Origin: Takakia lepidozioides
Lineage: Eukaryota; Plantae; Bryophyta
Assembly (NCBI GenBank): GCA_030704615.1
Contig: CM060733.1
Location: forward strand, 66,340,001-66,404,000
Direction of reading: 5' to 3'
Length of the DNA stretch: 64,000 nt
The first letter of the stretch is position 1. Each line of letters begins with the position of its first letter. A program made the translations under genes and the position numbers. Positions 58,884 to 64,000 of this stretch are shown here, piece after piece. The notes below the pieces were generated by a model. The model was not told where the DNA came from. It searched no databases and worked only from the letters and a program-made list of their open reading frames with translations.

Positions 58884-61792
58884 GTGGGGGAGGTGCACAT
58901 TGTGAGTGTCATCACGGAGTTACCCAAGGGTTTTGAGGGGAGTACGGCTACAAGCAGTAACAGTGAGAGTGGGTTCACCAGACGAGGTGTTCATTTTAGA
59001 CCACCTTCACCTCCACCCTCAACTAGTGCAGAGTCAGACACAGACTCAGAGGCTTCATCAACAGGTGTGCAGTTTCATTCGCCATTGTTGTGGGACGACA
59101 TGGAGGAGATGTATGGAGCTACCAAGGGGCCTCGTAGGTACTCTGGAGCTGTGGGCACAATTGAGCTGGATGACTTTATCCAGGAGTTCGACAGCTGGTG
59201 TGATTTGCAACAAATGCGTACTCCACAACTATTCACCCCATTCATGGCGTGGAAGGGACTGTTCCAGCATTTGGAAGGCCCACCTATGGACGATTACCAC
59301 GAGTTCAGGCGAGGACATGAAGCAGAGATTGAGGAGTGGAGGATGTATTGGTCACCTAACTACGTCTCCATTACTCGAGGCACGACGCGACCAGTAGCTG
59401 CATCAGTACCAATATCTCCCACTACCAGCACTAGTAGTGGAACAAGTAGTGCCGATACTTCTGTAGGTGGTACCAGTTCAAAAGGTGCTACTACTCCTCC
59501 TGCCACGACTACAACACATGTGCCTAGATTCAACCCGGTGGTGGAGTTCTTCCAGGAGTTACAGAGGAACTACCAAGGTGTACGGACAGAGAAGCTGCGA
59601 AGTTTGCAAGACTTCCAGCGCAAACCCAGTGAGAGCCTGCGAGAGGCGTACACTCGTATGAGGCGCTTGATAAGTGTGACCCAAGGGGTTACTGAAGCTC
59701 AGGCAATCCAATTTTGGTATGGAATTTTGGACAAGGAGCTCAAGAGAAGGGTGCGAGATGCAACCCTGTTACAAGCAGCCCAACCCACATTAGCAGATGT
59801 GTTTCTGCTAGCTGAGCGGATTGAGCTCAACATGGTGGAGGAGCGAGTTGTTACCATTGGATTTGGCAAGGACATGCCTGCACGAGGCGCAGCTGCCAGC
59901 CCACAGGCACAAGAAACTGCCCAACAGCGTGGTCAGGGGGGCAAGGTTGCCCAGCCCAAGTTCCATGGAGCTTACAGGGGACCTCAGGTGCAGAGGCCCG
60001 TGGCATCTTTTGCAGGCTAACAGCAACCAGAGGTGATATGTTGGACATGTGGAGGACCCCATGTCAAAAGAGATTGCCCAGAGAGTGGCAGAAGGCCGGT
60101 ACAAGCACAGCCTGCACAGTTGCAAGTGTGGGCATTGTGGCAAGTATGGGCATGGAGATGCCCAGTGTTATGACTTGCATCCTGAGTTGCGCCCAGGCCA
60201 GTTCTAAGGGAACAATGGTGGCTGGGGGCAAGGTGGACCAGCCCAGAGAGGACGAGGTGGTCGGGCACGAGGTGCAAGCCAAGGGTAAGCTCAACATGGC
60301 CAAGGACGCGGAGGTCAGGGTGTTGACCAAGGCATGGCCAACCGGCTTCAGCAGCTAGAGCAGAGGCTCGTTGCCATGGCTACAGCTCAGGCGGTACCGG
60401 CTCCCAGACGGGATGGTCCACCTCCTGCGCCTGAGAGAGGAGATATGGGAGGCATGGGATTTATGTGCGGAGCAGCACTACCACTAGTGCAGGTGGAGTC
60501 TGCTGCAGCCGTGACTCGAGGAGCAGCACGAGTTCCTGAGCCACGAGGTGCAAAGGTGGAATTGGATCCACAGCGTGGGGAGGCAAGCCGTCAGGCGAGG
60601 CTTCCTCAGTCATTCACATTGGCGGACACTGTGTCGACACCATCCATGGCACCTAGTTCTCGCCCAACTGTTACCGAGGCGGAGGTTACTATGCCATTGG
60701 GGAGAGCTACACGTGCAGCACTGACACCTGCTACCAAGGCTAGTGCAGCCGGTGTGTTATTGGGGGCAGCCACCTCTGTGTGTCAAGCCCCACTGTTCTC
60801 GGCAACCATGATTGCGACGCCGGGGGAAAGGCCAGCTGCAGTGTTCAGACTAGCAGCAACACTCTGTGAGAGTGGGGATGTCACTTCATCTTCTGCGGAG
60901 TTACTGGAAGGTGTAGTGGCAGAGGGATCCTCAGATTTGAGGGTCGAGACTGCCACGGCTGCACCATGGCAAGCTGCAGCTGCCAGGTTGACGAAGCTGC
61001 CAGCTAGGCCAGCCTTTGAGCGCGCCATGGTGACACCTGGAGTTGTCTTGTTAGACATCCAGGATGACATTTTCTCTTTGAGTGGACCGGCAGGCAAGAA
61101 GTACCGGCCACTGCGGGTCTTGTTGGACTCGGGAGCTCAGCCACTGATGTTGGGCAGAGCTGCTATTGCAGGTTTGGGCCTCATGGAGGCGGATATGGAG
61201 CCTTGTCCTTTCCAGATACAGACATCTCTGGGAGGATCAGAGTAGGCTCGGGGCATGACACAGCATGAGTTGGCCATTGGACTACAAGCAGATCATCCTG
61301 TAGATGGCTCAGTGATGCGAGCCAAGGCCATTGTGACAGACGCGGTCTCTTACGATGTCCTCGTTGGTGGGGCAGTGTTATATCCCATGGGCTTCATCCT
61401 GGACTTTTGGGAGGAGTCAGCATCCTACAGGCCTGGATGGCAGTCAGGGGATGGTCGTCGTGCACAACTCCCTGTGACATTCATTGGGGGTATTGCGGCT
61501 GCCCAACGGGGCAAGATGCCAACACTAGCCGCCTTTACAGCTGCAGTTAGTTGGCCTGGAGAGTTGCTGGAAGGCAATGCCCATGTAGAAGATGTGCCAC
61601 CTCCAGCAGAGCAGGATGACATGCATGGTATGGCGGAGTTGCCTGCCATGGTTGCTCACACTCCATTGTGGGGTACGAGCAAGGATTTGCAGCAGGTTGC
61701 TGATCGACGGGTGCAACAAGCCTGGGTAGAGGCTTTTGTACCGTCAGGAGAGGAGGAGAGTGCGGGTATTGCACCAGGACCACCTCAGTTGT
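58884..61792 (+). mobile_element. Second copy of the DNMT-carrying Ty3/gypsy family: gag, protease and linker; cut just before the DNMT domain
   Basis: Gag-like ORF 58884-60020 (FQRKPSESLREAYTRM), knuckles CWTCGGPH and CGHCGKYGH; 60815-61792 is highly similar to 47005-47958. Confidence 0.88.
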
Positions 61793-61829
61793 CGGGGAGG
61801 GGGGAGAGGCCGGTACCTGGTCGTCATAT

Positions 61830-64000
61830 TTCAACCCCCGGACGGAAATTCGGCACCGAATATCCAACAGAGCGGCGGAGAGGCCGGCACCTCTCCGACA
61901 GAGACCATCCCCCGGATGGAAATTCGGCGCCGAATTTCCATCGGGGCCCCCTCAAAGGAAGTCGTAAAAAAATCCCAGAATGGAAAAACGGCGGCGAATT
62001 TCCGTCCGAGGCTGTTCCGAGTTGCCTCTAGCAGTCAAGGATTCCAAGAAAAACGTGTCTACAAGTGCACTTCAGCCACAAAACAAACAGTTAGGTTTGT
62101 TTTTCTCCGAAAAATCAATCGGACACGCTCAGAATTACCTGCAGGAAGGTAATTCAGCGCTTCGAAATACCTGGCAAATGGAAATTCGGCGCCGAATATC
62201 CATACGCCAGCGATCCGACTTACCTGCTGGATGGAAATTCGGCGCCGGATTTCCATCCATCCGGGATTCGAATTACCTGCAGGATGGAAATTCGGCGCCG
62301 GATCTCCATCCATCCGCTCTCCGACCAACCTTGCGGATGGAAATCCAACGCCGGATTTCCATCCATCCGCCTGCGTGAGGGAAATTTCGCGCGCCGCCCT
62401 ACCTGCGCGGATGGAAATCCGGCGCCGGATTTCCATCCATCCGCCTCCGAATTACCTGTGTGAGGGAAATTTCGCGCGCCGCCCTACCTGTGCAGATGGA
62501 AATCCGGCGACGGAATCCGTCTCCAAATTACCTGCGTGAGGGAAATTTCGCGCGCCGCCCTGTGCGGATGGAAATCCGGTGCCGGATTTCCATCCATCCG
62601 CCTCCGAATTACCTGCGTGAGGGAAATTTCGCGCGCCGCCCTACCTTGCAGGATGGAAATTCGGCGCTGAATTTCCATCCTGCTGCGCTCCGAATTACCT
62701 GCAGGATGGAAATCCGGCGCCGGATTTCCATCCTGCAGCGCTCCGAATTACCTCTACGTTGGAAATTCCGGGCCGAGTTCCGTCGTTTTTCATCCGACAT
62801 GGAGGGCTTCATCCGACATTTAATTGCGCAGTTGGGCAATAAATGTCGACCGCCATCCGTTTTCATTCGGGCTGGCGACACATGGCTTCCTGGATACGTA
62901 CCATAAATCTGATGCTAATCTTGGCTTAACATGCTATTCAAGGCATGTACCCCAAAAACGGAGATCTTTTTCCATTTTGGCTGGGACTTATGCCGCCTGA
63001 AGGGCGTGGCTCTCCTGAGAGAGACCTCACATCCAGACCGCGGCGGAAATTGAAAGCTCTGTACTACGGACGACGGCCAATCTCTCGCATGGCCAAACTG
63101 AAGCTCCAGCAGGAGATTCCAGTGTCTTGCTCACAACCCGCGCCAACTGAAGCCGAGTACTCTCAGGCAAGCCACTTCTGCTTTCGCTTTGTTCGATTTC
63201 GCTTTTGCTTTCGCTTTCGCTTTCGCTTTGTTGCCTCGCTTTGTTTTTGCATCTTCATCCTGGCTTCGCTGGATGAGTGAACCTTAGATAGTTGAGTGAA
63301 CCTTAGATTGTTTGCAATGCGTGTGCAAATCTGGCAGCTCTGGAGAAGGCTGCTTGTGCAAGTCATTCTCAGGCAATGGTTGCATTTGTTTTCATTGTTG
63401 TTGCATGGCTCTCCATACTTCCTAAACTTGTTATGTTTTCATTTTTGTTACACGATTGTTGCTATGGTGGTTGCGATGCTGGTTTTGGCACCAATGTTGG
63501 TTTTCACGATTTTGGGAATGACAGAGTGACGACGAGCCCGACACGTTGGTGGTATCATCGACTGCTGCAACTCATCGCATGTTTGAACCGCCCACCTTGG
63601 AGCGAGAGGGCAAACTTCAACCTTTTGTTGGTGGACGGGAGGACCTGCAGCGAGAGTACGACAGAACAGGCATTGGGGAGGTTGGTGCAGGCCTCATGGC
63701 AGGTGAAGGGCGTGAGGAAGTGAGAACAGCAGATCCGGCAATGGAGGTTGTTGATGCAGAAGCAGTAGGGCCCGTCCAAGCAAAGAAGAAGAAGAAAGCC
63801 AAGCACGTGCAATCCCTGGCGCGAGAGCCGTCACGGGCTGCGGAGGGGGGAGTTCGCAGTGCGCGCGAGGGTGTCAGTTCGCCTACCTCAAAGGTGGTCG
63901 TCCATCCGGGCTCCCCTGCTGCTAGCCCTAATAAGAAACAGAAAGCCCGTGAGAGGGCAAAAGAGAGGGCAAAAGAACAGGCAAGACACAACGCTAGCCA
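61830..64000 (+). mobile_element. Second partial copy of MULE-like element A (palindrome array, 5' part of FCP1-like gene, 5' part of MTase-family gene)
   Basis: Collinear with 9705-13040 apart from an inversion and indels; runs off the window end. Confidence 0.92.

Overview
Eukaryotic nuclear DNA from a land plant, probably a non-seed plant such as a bryophyte or lycophyte (inferred from PLS/DYW PPR genes, spliceosomal introns and Ty3/gypsy and Mutator elements). Only two host genes look intact: the 3' end of AIR carboxylase (1-255) and a completely intronless SMC6 (43235-46393, minus strand). The rest is a patchwork of decayed PPR genes and truncated transposons. The most striking system is a family of large Mutator-like (MULE) elements, seen as about four partial copies. 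Between them they carry a GCM-like/DDE/SWIM transposase, a multi-exon gene whose spliced product has beta-class N4C/N6A DNA-methyltransferase motifs, a trihelix Myb/SANT gene, an FCP1-like phosphatase gene and an unknown ~190-aa gene. Each paralogue also has its own array of 22-24-bp palindromes (shared core CGGYRCCG), some in the same intron of the MTase-family gene. Separately, a Ty3/gypsy family encodes a full C5-cytosine methyltransferase domain between protease and RT. All calls come from motif recognition by eye; no database searches were run.
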